This document shows, in pieces, positions 11,370-24,258 of a DNA stretch of 64,000 nucleotides. The position numbers and the translations under genes were made by a program. Every line of letters starts with the position of its first letter. Position 1 is the stretch's first letter. The notes under the pieces are model-generated. The model searched no databases. It was given only the letters and a program-made list of their open reading frames with translations, and had not been told where the DNA came from. The DNA lies in NCBI RefSeq assembly GCF_032191835.1, contig NC_083234.1:40796001-40860000 (forward strand), written 5' to 3'. The stretch is from Heteronotia binoei (lineage: Eukaryota).

Positions 11370-14300
11370 ACTACATGGTACTGTTGCTGTGTGACACACA
11401 CACACCTCAGTTCTCCCTGCTCCTGTTTAGCAGATATGCACTGGCAGTTCCACCCTCAGAACTTAATTCCTAGGCACATGGGGCTCAATTAGTGTTCTTA
11501 GGCCTCCTAACATGGTAGGAGACCTCCTGCTGGCAACTCTTGTTACCCACTGCTACGCCAAGCAATGGCATGAGAAAAATAATTATTTTTAAAAGCTGAT
11601 GCTTTACCATACAGTTTCTGCAGTTTCCTAAAGAGACATGACATCACTTCCATTTTTCCCAGAACTGATGTCATGGCTCATTTGACACTGGTGCCCCCCC
11701 CCCACCACAAGTGCCCACTCCTAAGTTCTCATCGATTGCTGGGCAATCCTAAACCCAGTTCAGGTCAGGACTGTGGTGCATGAGGAGAGAGTGTTTAAGC
11801 CCCTACATGTGCTGTTTTATAAATCTAAAACAGTCCCAGGAAGTCACTGGTTGCTCAATGGAGCATTCCTTCTGGGGAAAATCTTGCTTTGTTTAGACTT
11901 TTGCTCACGGTGATCTCCTGTCTCAGGAGTCAGCATATATTACTACAAAAACAATAATTATTTTTTTAATTCACTGTTTTGATTGGAGACATCCCCAGTT
12001 TACTTGAGAAAAGCATCAAGCTATTGCCAATCACGCTGAAATTCTAGCAACTCTGACATGAAGCAGGGGCATACAAACACTGCAATTGATGGCCAAAACA
12101 GACATGACATTTAAAAACTATGTTAATACCAGCCATTAGAGGGGGGATTTGGATCAAGGTTTGGGAGAAGAAACAGGTCTCAGCAGGATATAACACCACA
12201 CATTCTACCCTCCAAAGCTGCCCTTTCTCCAGAGGGACTGATATCTGTAATACGAAGATTGGTTGTAATTCTGGGAGTTCCCCAGGCTGCACTTGAAAGT
12301 TGGCAACTCAATGCTGGCAACCCTACCATTGGCAGTCTCTCCCACATCTTTCCCCATGCAACCCTACTGCTGGCAGCCTCTCCCCATGCTAGCTGTCTCT
12401 TCCCATGCTAGAGGGAGAGACTGCCAGCTGCCTGCCCCTCACTGAAGGAGGGGAGAAAAGAAGAAGAGCAGGCTCCTACCACCACTCATGCCTTCCCCAT
12501 CCAGGCTCAAGTAGCTGGCTTCTGGCAGTGGCTTCTGCCTACCTTGCATGGGGCAAGTGCCATTCATTGTCGGGCCTGGTAGGGAGGCAGTGATTCTGGA
12601 ATCCTATCATGGACTTTTGCCCAGGGCCCCAGAATCCCTATGACACCCCCTGTCCAAGAGCACCACTTTTTATTTTCCCCCATGGGAGTGAATGAAAGCC
12701 ATTCTTAAATATTTTCAAGGAAGTTGAGAAGTCAGAAACATCACTAGAACAGGCAAAGCTCCCCCCGCCACTGACCCCAGCCACCTAATTATTACTATCT
12801 CAGGTTCTCATGTAACTCTTTTGGTGTTGTGGTCTCAATATTTAACCTTCCACTCATGATAGGCTAACAGAAAACAATACAAATATTTAGAAAACTAAAA
12901 ATCAGTTTATTTAAAAATTTTATTTGTGTTTGTGTGTGTGTGTACACTTGTGGCAAACTGTACTAGTCTGGATTGAGGTAGAGTAGTAACAGAGGCTTCA
13001 TATAGTCAGGGCCTATTTTTTTCTTGAGTTAGAATTCTGTTTTGGGGGGATTCCAGTTCACTTCCACAGAAAGAACTCCATGCAAACAGAAAACTAGCAC
13101 AATAGAGAGAAATGTTCTACCCTTTCCCTTTGCTTGTTAGTTTGGTATTCTGTATGCAGGGAGTCTTCGGTATGCAGCGGATCTGTGCATGTTCTGTACT
13201 CAGTAGCACATAGCACCCTTTGTGGAGTCTCTGACAGTCTTCACTGTGCTATGTACTCTTCTCCCAACAACCCAGAACACAGTGAATGACCAAATGTTAT
13301 GACCTTTGAATTCATATGAATCCACATATGAATGCTAACACTACAAAATGAACTTTGTGAATGCCCCAATCCAGATACTTGGCTGGATCCAATCAGTTTT
13401 TTCTGATGGTAAAAAAAGAAGGAATCCTCTCTGATCATCCAAAATGGCCATACTGGGGTTCATGGGACTTGTGTGAAAACAAAAGACCCATGCAACAGGA
13501 GCTAGAGCAAGGAAGGGAATTGGGTGAGATTGAGCAAAAAAGTTGGCTGGATCCAACCCACGTATTCCCTATTTCTTTAACCTATACAACTGAAAGGTCA
13601 AAGTCACATTTACTGAGTTACTTTTGAGATTCTCCATTATGTTCTATCTATTCTTTCAGATTTTCTCTCTGTGAAACTATACCTCACAGAACTTTAATTC
13701 TGAAATTTGAACATGTACTGCCACAGCATTCAGTTCCATGATTAATTTGCATCTTCTAACCCCATAAATGAATATGAATTGATAAAACACTGCAAAAAGC
13801 AAACTTAATGTACTCATATCTAGGATTATATCAAGATTCTTTGATGTTGGGTTTTACTGATGCACACATTCAGTAGTGAAATACCATCCAGACAACATTT
13901 ATCTATATTCATGTGAAGATTACTGCTTTTTTTTACAGTGTTTTGCACATGCACATTATTGGGGAGAGGAAAACACAGATTAACAGAAGGAACAGAAAGA
14001 TGTGATAAACTGTGCACGCACAGTGCTTTGTGCAAAATTCAGATATAAAAACAGTGGGTAATTTCTAATGCATCAACTCAGCATTGAAACCAGACATAGT
14101 AATTCAGAACTTCAAACTTCAGTGTGAAGTATAGATGAAGACAATTTCACAAACATGCCTAGACTGAGATTGTTAGATTCTGGATATTCACAGCATATAT
14201 TATATCTTTCCTTTTAAAAGAAGCAGCTAAAAAATATCAAGGGTTGGAGAGTTGCCCAGTTTCAGAATGACATGTACTGAAACTGTAAGTGAGCTAAGGT

Positions 14301-17300
14301 TTCAAATAAAGCTTTCTCAGATATTTCTTCATTAAATTATAGGCCACACCAGCTAGACAGCATCTAAGACACAGCACACTGTTGCTGGCATGACATGGTT
14401 AAACCTCAGTCAAATAGGATTCAAGATGACAAATGCTTTATCACTCCATCAGAGGAAGAGACAGAGCAGATCCACCCTTCACACCACTTGAGGGACACAT
14501 GCTAAAGCGGTAGCCTGAGGTCAAAGAGCAAGCTTCCCTTAAGGAGGGGGAATGGAACTTCATGTATGAGAATGAGTTTAGCAGATAAAACAATACTGAC
14601 AGCATTGGCCAAACCCATAATACAAATATTATGCAGCTTCTCCTTCACAATCCTGCCAAATACTGAGTTCACAGGAGATTACAGAATGGGACCGGAAAGT
14701 TATTATATCCATTTTAGTTCTCCCACATTTACCTAATCCAGATTAGATTAAATTTCCATACCTGTCTGTTACTTTAAAATCCACAGCTTGAATTTGAGAC
14801 TTAAACATAAGAAATCTGTTAAGGCTCTCTGTTGTTTTTGTTACAACAGATTAATATGGCTACTCCTGTGGAACCTGAAATCACTTGCAAGTAAAATCAC
14901 TTGCAGTTAAAATCCTCAAATCAAATGCAAACTACTGAGGACTTCTGATAGAAATATTGTTTACATATTCTAAGCAGGGGCGTGCACAGATATTTCTATT
15001 CAGGTTTGACTATATTAATTTAAAAAGTTTGGGGTTTTTAACGTTATGACACATTCAGGATGATTAATCAATTTGGTAAGTATTTCCAGTTACATTAAGA
15101 ATCATTTTGGTTTGTTTTTTAATTTCTCCAGCCAAAGAAGTACAATAAGTACAGTAGGTAAGCACCTTCCTACAATCAGTAGGTAAGCACCTTCCTACTA
15201 AATACAAATCTATAACATATCTTTAGCCTGATATACAGAGAAAACTAAGTAGAAGGAAGGAACAAGTAGAAGGAACAGCCTCACTGAGGATCAGGCTGGT
15301 ATCATGGATGGACATGGTAGGGCACTTGCAGAGGACTCATCTCCATCACCAAGAAAGAGGAAATTGCCTCAGAATCTGTGGAATGTTCTTCCATATTCTG
15401 ATGGGAATGGTACTTGAAGGATGCAGAGAACTGTGGTTTTCTCATGTAAGAGCTGAGCTCTGTTTCCTCTGGGCAACTCTCCAACTAAGAAATAGGAGAC
15501 TTTGATGTCATAGGGACTTCTGGGGGCTCCCATTTCCTGGTGGAGCAATGGCAAGGGTGAAAGCAGCAAAAGAGTCACACTCAGGTAAGTCAGCCATGTT
15601 TCACTGCTTATTGCAAGTGCTTCTCCAGCCAGGAATCTGAATGTCTCCCAGAGGCTTCTATGACATCAAAGATCTCTAGAATATGACCATGCTTCATGGG
15701 TGGAAAGACATTGGAGGGAGTAAAGCAACAATTCTCTTGCTCCTGTAAGTCCTGTTTCAACCCCAGAAGGGTAGGTAATATACAATATGTGTGAAGAGAG
15801 TGGATGAACTGGGGGAAAATAAAGCATGGTTGTGCTTGGCATGGATGCCACCGGTACAAAGCCCTCAAAACCAGGAGACAGCCTTGTAGAATATTCTCCT
15901 CAAAATATGTCCTGTTCTGGATTTCTGCTCATGTAGTCAAAAGGCCTGTAGGAATTTATTACAGCTGGGCTCATATTTCATTTTGGACTAAAATTTAAAT
16001 AAAAGTTAGAATCTGAGCTGGGAAATGTTTTTAGCTGTGAACTATTCCCCCCCCCCCTTATATAAGCAGTACAGCTATTTATCATACGACAGAAGTTCTC
16101 ATGATAGCAAAATATTGTCACTTTAGGATCATCACCTGAGTATAAAGATTTGTCCTTAATGTCACCCAGATGTCAATTGAAATGGCATAACACTGTAGTG
16201 TTATAATAACCATAATCTGAATTCCACATGAACTTCTGGTTTGGCCAAATGAGCTTTTTTTGTTCTGAACACACCCCTTCTGTCCTGACCACTTCCTGTT
16301 GAGATCGTAATATTATTTCCATGTAGTAGCCTCGGTCCTTGAGAATATGATTATTTATATCTCTTGTGCTCAATTGAAGTACAGCTCTTTTCACCATAAT
16401 CAGAAAGGTGAAAAGTTTTTCCTTCTCTAAGGTCAGACATGTGATGCACAGAATCTGTGGCAGACAGCAAACTTAGCTGCAAAAATTGCTGCCAGGGAAG
16501 TGTGGTATGGACTGGGGCCTGAGCACCAGAGGAACATTCATTTCTGATCAAAGAAAAGGAACTTTTAAAAATATTTATAACCCACCTTTCTCCTAAGTTT
16601 TTGTAAGTACCTTTATAGTAAATATATATATAATAAAACTACAGGACCAAAATTCCAATATAGCAAGACTATAAAACAAAAACTAGTGGCCATTGTGCAG
16701 CCACTAGCAATTCCCTGCCTCTGACTCCCTCGGATGGAATCACGAGGGTGGGGAGAGCCGATGCAGGCTCAGTGCGGGAGAGTTGACCAATCAAGGGATG
16801 GCTGGCTAGCCAGGTCTGGCAGCAGCTGCCGTCCCTGACCATTCTGGTCCAGCGTGAGTTCAGGAGTGTTGGGCTTAACTGATATTGTTAGGCCAGTTCC
16901 CACTAGTTAGCAGAGTGCTTAAATAAAGCTACAAATGTAGGAGCATCACTTAACCAGGTTACTCAGCTTACAGAGCTGCACAGAGCCATGTTGCAAGTTT
17001 AAAAGCAGAAAATACTCCTCTATTAGAGAAGTACATTTTTGATAGGAAAGAGTAGAGACAGGATACTTACTAACTTACTAGGTAAGGATGGAAGCAGATG
17101 GCAAGAGGGCCATCTGCCTCATGGTGCCAGCAGCAGATGTCATGTTGTCTCTCCTGATGTGTGTAGGGAGAAGGGCATAAGCATTGTGTGAGAGAGGGCT
17201 GACGGAAGTAAGTTCCCTGAGAAAACAATCTACACTTCAAAGGGATAGAGGCAGAAGAGTATACATGTAGGAAAGGAAGGGTCAGTGTGACTATCTAGCT

Positions 17301-18201
17301 ATCTACTCTGTTGCCACAATGTCTGGAGGCTGATACAGGGGACAGCACCTTCACTTCCATGCAGGCTCAGCACGGGAGAGTTGACCAATCAAGGGGTGGC
17401 TGGCCAGCCAGGTCTGATAGCTACCACCCCCGGCCATTCTGGTCCAGTGCGAGCTCAGGAGCAGATGGATGCTGCACTGCTGGGCAACTAAACCATGCGG
17501 CCAGCAGCTTCTACAAGTCTAGCAAGGTTGTAGGGCCTTGGGGGAGGGGAGGCTCTGTGGGGTCCAAGGCTATGGGAATTGGTGTCCAGTGACCTGGTTC
17601 TCCTGCACTCGGGAGAAGCGGCCAGCTATATTCTCTTCCCTTCCTACCTGGGGCCATAGGATGCTGTTGCCCATGGTTCTCCTGCCTGTGACTTGATTTT
17701 CCTGTGCTGGGGAGAAGCGGCCTGCCATATCAGCAGCCATCTGGGCTCTTGGCATGGGACAGCAGTGGCTCAAGGGGGTGTTTGCAACTGCAGGCCAGTG
17801 GCTGAGTGCTGCAGATGAGATGGCTAGGGGGAAGCACCTTGCTTGTGGCAGCAGCGGGCACTCTTGGCTCCTTTTCTGTGGTCCACAGTGGAGTCCCCAC
17901 ATGGGCCACAAGACAAGTGCACTGGGTGGCTGGCAGGAGCAGTGGGGACGAAGCACAAGGCAGTGCTCACCTGTCTCGCACTTCAGCTGGCTTTGAGGCC
18001 AGTGTCATGCTGCAGGGCTACTGTTGTTGATGGCAACCCCTCACCCACTCCATCTGGGGAGATGTGGGAGGTGGGGGTGAGAGGGGCCATCTCTTGTGTC
18101 TGGCCATCCCTACAGCAGCCCACAAGGCTTGCAAACGGTATTGGTCACTGAGGTGGGGTTAAGGCGCAGTAGGGGGTATTGGTGTCCCCCCTTTCTCTCT
18201 C

Positions 18202-18479
18202 CAGTTTAGTGTAGTGGTTAAGTGTGCGGACTCTTATCTGGGAGAACCGGGTTTGATTCCCCACTCCTCCACTTACAGCTGCTGGAATGGCCTTGGGTTA
18301 GCCATAGTTATTGCAAGAGTTGTCCATGAAAGGGCAGCTGCTGTGAGAGCCCTCTCAGCCCCACCCACCTCACAAGGTGTCTGTTGTGGGGGGAGAAGAT
18401 ATGGGAAATTGTAAGCCGCTCTCTGGTTCAGAGAGAAGGGTGGGGTATAAATCTAAAGTCTTCTTCATCTCCTTCTTCC
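18202..18479 (+). mobile_element. Squam3-like tRNA-derived SINE
   Basis: gtgtagtggttaag (A box), ccgggtttgattcccc (B box), cccacccacctcacaagg body, tataaatc and (TTC)-rich tail. Confidence 0.9.
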
Positions 18480-19337
18480 TGGCTGTTGGACGTTCAGAAA
18501 TTCCTCCCGACAAGCCCAATTTGCCCCGCCTGCCTGAAAGGAGGCACATGCCTTGCAGGCAAGTGGTGTGTGTGTTCAGCAAGGAACTCTGGGTGGTACA
18601 ATTCCTGGTTGCAGTTAGGCATAGGGGGACTTGCTAGATGTGCGTTGACTCCCATGGTGACAGTAATGGGATATCTGGTTAATATAGCAGTGTCTGCCCA
18701 ATTAGTAAATAAGTAAATAAATCTCCCAATACGTATATCACACAAAATATGAATTTGCATTTATTCAAATAGTTTTCAGTTTACACTCAAGTTGCAGTCA
18801 AAGGGAGAGGGCAAAGCCTGATCTGTAGAGTACTTTTCCTACTATAACAAATGCCTGCTTTCCCAGCATCATGTGGGTGGGAGTATGAGGGCATTTTATC
18901 TATGGGAGAAACCTGAAGAGACATGGGTTTCCATGGCAAGGTGATCTCATGCGTGTTCATGAGTCTTTTCTTTTCCAAGAGAATGGAAAGAGCTGCTGTT
19001 GTGGGGTGGGGGGGGAATCCTGGTTTTCTGCGTTTGGTTTTTAACCCATTGGGTGCAGTATGCGGAGGGTCATCTCCAGGTACAGCCTGAATTGGAGCTT
19101 TCCTTGCTACCCATATGTGGCCAGGACTCAGGCTTTTCATCACCTCATCCAGACTGAGAGACACTGTTCTTTCCTGGTAATGCATTTTTTAATTCCAGTG
19201 ATCTATAAGGAATACATGAGCTGATAAAAAGATGTCTGCAATGTGTGTTATCTGCTACATGCTGAACTCTTCAGTTTGAATGCCTATCATACAATATGAC
19301 ATTTTAATTAAGTGTCTCTGGACACAAAATCAGATGT

Positions 19338-19630
19338 CAGTTTGGTGTAGTGGTTAAGTGTGCGGACTCTTATCTGGGAGAACCAGGTTTGATTCCCCAA
19401 TCCTCCACTTGCACCTGCTGGAATGGCCTTGGGTCAGCCATAGCTCTGGCAGAGGTTGTCCTTGAAAGGGCAGCTGCTGTGAGAGCCCTCTCCAGCCCCA
19501 CCCACCTCACAGGGTGTCTGTTGTGAGGGGAGAAGACATAGGAGATTGTAAGCCGCTCTGAGTCTCTGATTCAGGGAGAAGGGCGGGATATAAATCTGCA
19601 ATTCTTCTTCTTATTCTTCTTCTTCTTCTT
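19338..19630 (+). mobile_element. Squam3-like SINE
   Basis: Near-identical to 18202-18479 and 30028-30303; (TTC)n tail. Confidence 0.92.
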
Positions 19631-20989
19631 CATTGAATCTTATAAATGCATTATATGGGCTTTAATGTATCCCTTTTTGATTACCATGTTTGAAGCAGGC
19701 TGTGTTAAATACCTAGCGGGAGCTCGGAAGAGGTTGGAACTGCACACCTGGGGTGAGAACCAGCAGCTGCCATGGGGAGCCCCTTGTACAGTTGAGCTCC
19801 AGCAGCACCAGAAGCATGTTACAACAGGCCAGGTTTGACAAACTTTTGGGGTGGCCTTGGTGGGTCATGAACCATCAGGCCTTCTGTGGTGGCCTGTTGT
19901 AGGTGGCTGGGGTGAGAAGGGATTTCCCTGACTTGGGTGGCACACCAAACATCAGTGTCAGCAGATGGCACCTGCCTTTGCCCCCACCTCTTCACAGCTC
20001 TCCAGTCTCATCAGATAGTTGCAGCCGGCAGGGTAGCACCGCACCCAGCATTCATCCCGTGGCTTGGTGCCATGGTGGTCAACTGCTGGGGGACCATGCG
20101 ACATGAGGGACCAAGCGGCAACAGCCTACTGAAGCCCCCTCCATTGTTCCCTCAGCAGTAAGGTGGCCACAGGTAACAATGTGCAGGAGGGGGGTCCAGG
20201 CAAGGCCCCCTGCAGGAAAGCAGCAGTTGCATCTGGGGGACCACCAGTCAGTTGCAGGCCCCCATAAGAGGTTTGGTGGCCTCCTTTTGCTGCCTCATGC
20301 ACCCAATTTCTCTGTACATTTCTCATTTAATAGATTAACGTCCAGGCAAGAAAGTAGGAGTTGGGAGACCTGGAAAGCAGGGTATAATAGCATGTGGGAA
20401 ATCATATCAGTTTTAAAGTTGAAGTACTAATCTATTTCTATAAGGAGGCTGGAGATATCTAAGTATTCCCGTTTTGCCAGTTGAATTATAGAATCATAGA
20501 CTGGAAGGTGTCCAACCCCCTGCACAATGCAGGAAATTCACAAAATCCTCTCCCTAAGTTCACAGGATAAAAAGGGAATATAAGTGGAGAATAAAAAGGG
20601 AATATGGAGACAATGGATGGATGTTAATTAAAATGTCCCATATTTCTGCCTATGCACATGGTGCGGCTTCTCCATTTGGAAAGATAGCTTTTGGACAATA
20701 TGGACTTCTAAGGGGTTCTGTATTCTTTCAGGGCACACAGGGAATAGAGCTATTAAATGCTGCAATCAGATGATTATATCATCCCCATAGCAGTCTCAAA
20801 CATGCTCCTCCAATGAAAACTCAACAGCAGCCTCCACATAGGTTTCTCTGAATGAAGCTGAATGAAGTTTGCAAGCCTTCAAGAAGACAGGCAAACAAGG
20901 TGGTTGTTTAAACCTCTTCCATTCAGTGTCATGATTTTTAAAAATATCTATGCCAAATAGAGGAGGAACACACAACTCTGTGGGACAGT

Positions 20990-21673
20990 AAGTAGATTTT
21001 GACCAGAGGAGCACAATTCAAGCATGGCTCCTTCAGACATGTGGATCCCAGGTTGTGAAAAGCTTGAGCTGAGTCTAGAAGCAGATAGGCAGCTGTTGCA
21101 ATTGTTTCAGAACAGGTGTTACATGTTCAAAGCAGCTTGCTTCAATTAAAATGCATTTTTCACATATTGCAGCTTGTGAGTTGACCTTAAGGGCAACCCG
21201 GAGAAGTAGAGCACATTACAATATTCCAGTGCTGAAGCTACAGTGGCATGGTTCAACTGGAAGAGTCCAAGTTGGGAGACAAGTTATGAATAAGATGTAA
21301 ATGAAAGAAGATGTTCCTATCAATAGAACAGATCTGCTTGTCTGAATCCAACAGCATTATATAATGTGCTGAAGATGCTGACCCTTTTCTAGGGTTGTCC
21401 TTATCAGAACATCAACCTTCCCACCCAGTATCATCTCCATCTTGACTGGATTCAGTTTCAAATTGTTACCCATCAACTACTTTTTGAGAGCAGCTTCTGG
21501 AGACTAGATAGAGAAATACAAAGATGGTTGTGATCTGCATAGTGGTGACAGCCAAGCACAAAGCTATGGATTGGGGTCATTCAGCAGCCTGACATAAATA
21601 TCAAAAAGCAAAGAGGTAAGAGAATTGACCCTTGAGAGTCTTGTGAGGAAATGACCCCTCTTTCCCCTAATAT
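20990..21673 (-). mobile_element. Old L2 LINE RT-region fragment (host of the LTR)
   Basis: Minus strand gives QGSILLPLLFDIYVRLL...HSFVLGCHHYAD, resembling the L2 RT GVPQGS...YADD region. A plausible continuation (LQWL-CF...RTQKV-like) lies at about 27100-27200. Confidence 0.6.
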
Positions 21674-22378
21674 TGTAGTCACCAGCATGGTTGCCAGGGC
21701 GCCTGGAGAAGTGAGCTCACACACACCTTTGGACAGAGGGTGTGAGCAAAACCATCCAGGGACTAAAAGGGACTCATGTGTGCAAACAGCCTAAGTGTGC
21801 AGGCATTCTAAACCGGTATAGAGTGCTTGCCAACGTGCACGGACGTTTCCCCGTCACTGCGTGAGTCCGCCATGGTAGGGAAGAAGCTGCGCCGCCACGG
21901 AGCTATCCAGGCGACCGGTGTTGAAGCGTTGAGCATGGAATCCACTGTGTCTCGCTAACACCGCTTGTAGCCATCTTCCTGCCAGGCTGGACTTCATTCC
22001 TTCATAGTGGGAAGCTCACGTATACACCCTGAGTCACCCTTAGCCCGCAAGCAACCCATTTGCCCCATGAATGGATTAATAGCTCAACTGTTAGTCCTGA
22101 TTGCCTAGCAATACCCTAAACGATAACTCCTGCCCAGAAGATGATGAGAAAAGAGGAAGAACATCTCCTGTCACAACCAAGTCTTTTGTCTACACCGGGG
22201 ATACCTAGGTCAATATTTGATTCCCTATTGTCACCTTCCCAGATAAACCCACTTAATCCCAAGTACCTAGCCATTTCCATACTGACACCCTTGGAGCCGC
22301 CCCAGGTAGGGTGACCATAATGTCTGAAGGCCAGCCAGGGACACGGGGGGGTGCGCTGCGCGCAAAGCGCGCGTGCCG

Positions 22379-22690
22379 CCGGAAACAGGAAGTGACGTCA
22401 CTTCCGGTGACGTCACTTCCGGTGATGTCATGCCACCGCCGGAAACAGGAAGTGACGTCACTTCCGGTGACGTCACTTCCGGTGATGTCATGCCACCGCC
22501 GGAAACAGGAAGTGACGTCACTTCCGGTGACGTCACTTCCGGTGATGTCATGCCACCACCGGAAACAGGAAGTGGCATCACTTCCTGTGACATCATTTCC
22601 CCCGCGTCACCTGCCGGAAACAGGAAGTGACTTCACAGCACTTCCTGTGACGTCCCCAAAAATCCCCCAAATATCACCGCCGGAAACAAT
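22379..22690. repeat. 60-bp tandem repeat rich in ETS (CCGGAAGT) and CRE (TGACGTCA) motifs
   Basis: Three near-perfect units of ccggaaacaggaagtgacgtcacttccggtgacgtcacttccggtgatgtcatgccaccg, then two degenerate units. Confidence 0.95.
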
Positions 22691-23593
22691 TTTGCTCTCA
22701 AATCCTGTATATACTTCATCAGTATATGGGATAAGGCACTTTCTCAACTGTGCTGCATAATGCAGCCTATTTATTTTGTCCTGTTGGCTCTGTTGGCTCT
22801 ATCTGCGCCACCTTCATCACTTTCGGGGTGTGGATCCCCCAGTGGGGTGGTCTCCCGACTCCCTCCGCTGACTGTTTCTGATAGCCCTGCGCCCCCTCTT
22901 TCATTTGATATGTGTCCCGTGCGGGTGCCACCCTCCCGCCGGGAGATGCCGCAAAATGAGCCCCCTTGAGGCTTATGGCGGCAGGGCTCGGGGGAAGCGA
23001 GCTAGACTGCTGTTCTTTTGAGGGGTTATAGAGTGTTTCGAGCCCGTCCCTGTGGCATCGGTCCCATCGTTGTGGGACCCAGGGGGCCGGCGCAGCGGCA
23101 CGCCGAAGCAGCCTGTCACTAATAACACCGGTCAAGATGCAGGACAGGAACCTGGAAGTGACCGACAGGCTGCTTCAGCGTGCTGCTGCGCCGGCCCCCT
23201 GGGCCCCACAACGATGGGACCGATGCCACAGGGACGGGCTCGAAACACTCTATAACCCCTCAAAAGAACAGCAGTCTAGCTCGCTTCCCCCGAGCCCTGC
23301 CGCCATAAGCCTCAAGGGGGCTCATTTTGCGGCATCTCCCGGCGGGAGGGTGGCACCCGCACGGGACACATATCAAATGAAAGAGGGGGCGCAGGGCTCT
23401 CAGAAACAGCCGGCGGAGGGAGTCGGGAGACCACTCCACTGGGGGATCCACACCCCGAAAGTGATGAAGGTGGCGCAGATAGAGCCAACAGAGCCAACAG
23501 GACAAAATAAATAGGCTGCATTATGCAGCACAGTTGAGAAAGTGCCTTATCCCATATACTGATGAAGTAAATACAGGATCTGAGAACAAAATT
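22688..23593. repeat. Long inverted repeat: ~430-bp arms, 46-bp spacer
   Basis: Arms 22688-23117 and 23164-23593 differ at about 10 positions by manual count. The ORF track shows near-identical peptides on opposite strands (22767-23135 and 23137-23514). Confidence 0.95.
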
Positions 23594-23665
23594 GCACTAG
23601 AAGACACAAACACAAAGCTCCCTTACACTGAATCAGTGCTTGGGTCCACCAAAGTCAGTATTGTC

Positions 23666-24258
23666 ACATAAGAGAAGCCCTGTTGGATCAGGCCAGTGGC
23701 CCCTCCAGTCCAACACTCTGCGTCACATAATAACATAAGAGAAGCCCTGTTGGATCAGGCCAGTGGCCCATCCAGTCCAACACTCTGCGTCACATAACAA
23801 CATAAGAGAAGCCCTGTTGGATCAGGCCAGTGGCCCATCCAGTCCAACACTCTGCGTCACATAACAACATAAGAGAAGCCCTGTTGGATCAGGCCAGTGG
23901 CCCATCCAGTCCAACACTCTGCATCACATAACAACATAAGAGAAGCCCTGTTGGATCAGGCCAGTGGCCCATCCAGTCCAACACTCTGCATCACATAACA
24001 ACATGAGAGAAGCCCTGTTGGATCAGGCCAGTGGCCCATCCAGTCCAACACTCTGCGTCACATAAGAACATAAGAGAAGCCCTGTTGGATCAGGCCAGTG
24101 GCCCATCCAGTCCAACACTCTGTGTCACATAAGAACATAAGAGAAGCCCTGTTGGATCAGGCCAGTGGCCCATCCAGTCCAACACTCTGCATCACATAAC
24201 AACATAAGAGAAGCCCTGTTGGATCAGGCCAGTGGCCCATCCAGTCCAACACTCTGCA
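23666..24258 (-). repeat. 67-bp tandem array of CR1 3' terminal sequence (at least 9 units, runs into gap)
   Basis: Units start at 23666, 23733, 23800, 23867, 23934, 24001, 24068, 24135 and 24202. The unit is the reverse complement of the CR1 tail seen singly at 11045-11179 and 29745-29915. Confidence 0.93.

Noticed and set aside
18787-19185. 132-aa minus-strand ORF with KTKRRK
   Set aside because: There is no recognisable domain and no convincing acceptor; an ORF of this length is expected by chance in 64 kb.
22760-23521. Pairs of near-identical ORFs on opposite strands, including a signal-peptide-like MQPIYFVLLALLALS
   Set aside because: These are a consequence of the inverted repeat in TE-derived DNA; there is no evidence of coding constraint.
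23666-24258. CRISPR-like regular array
   Set aside because: Units are contiguous with no unique spacers, match a CR1 3' tail, and sit in vertebrate DNA with no cas genes.
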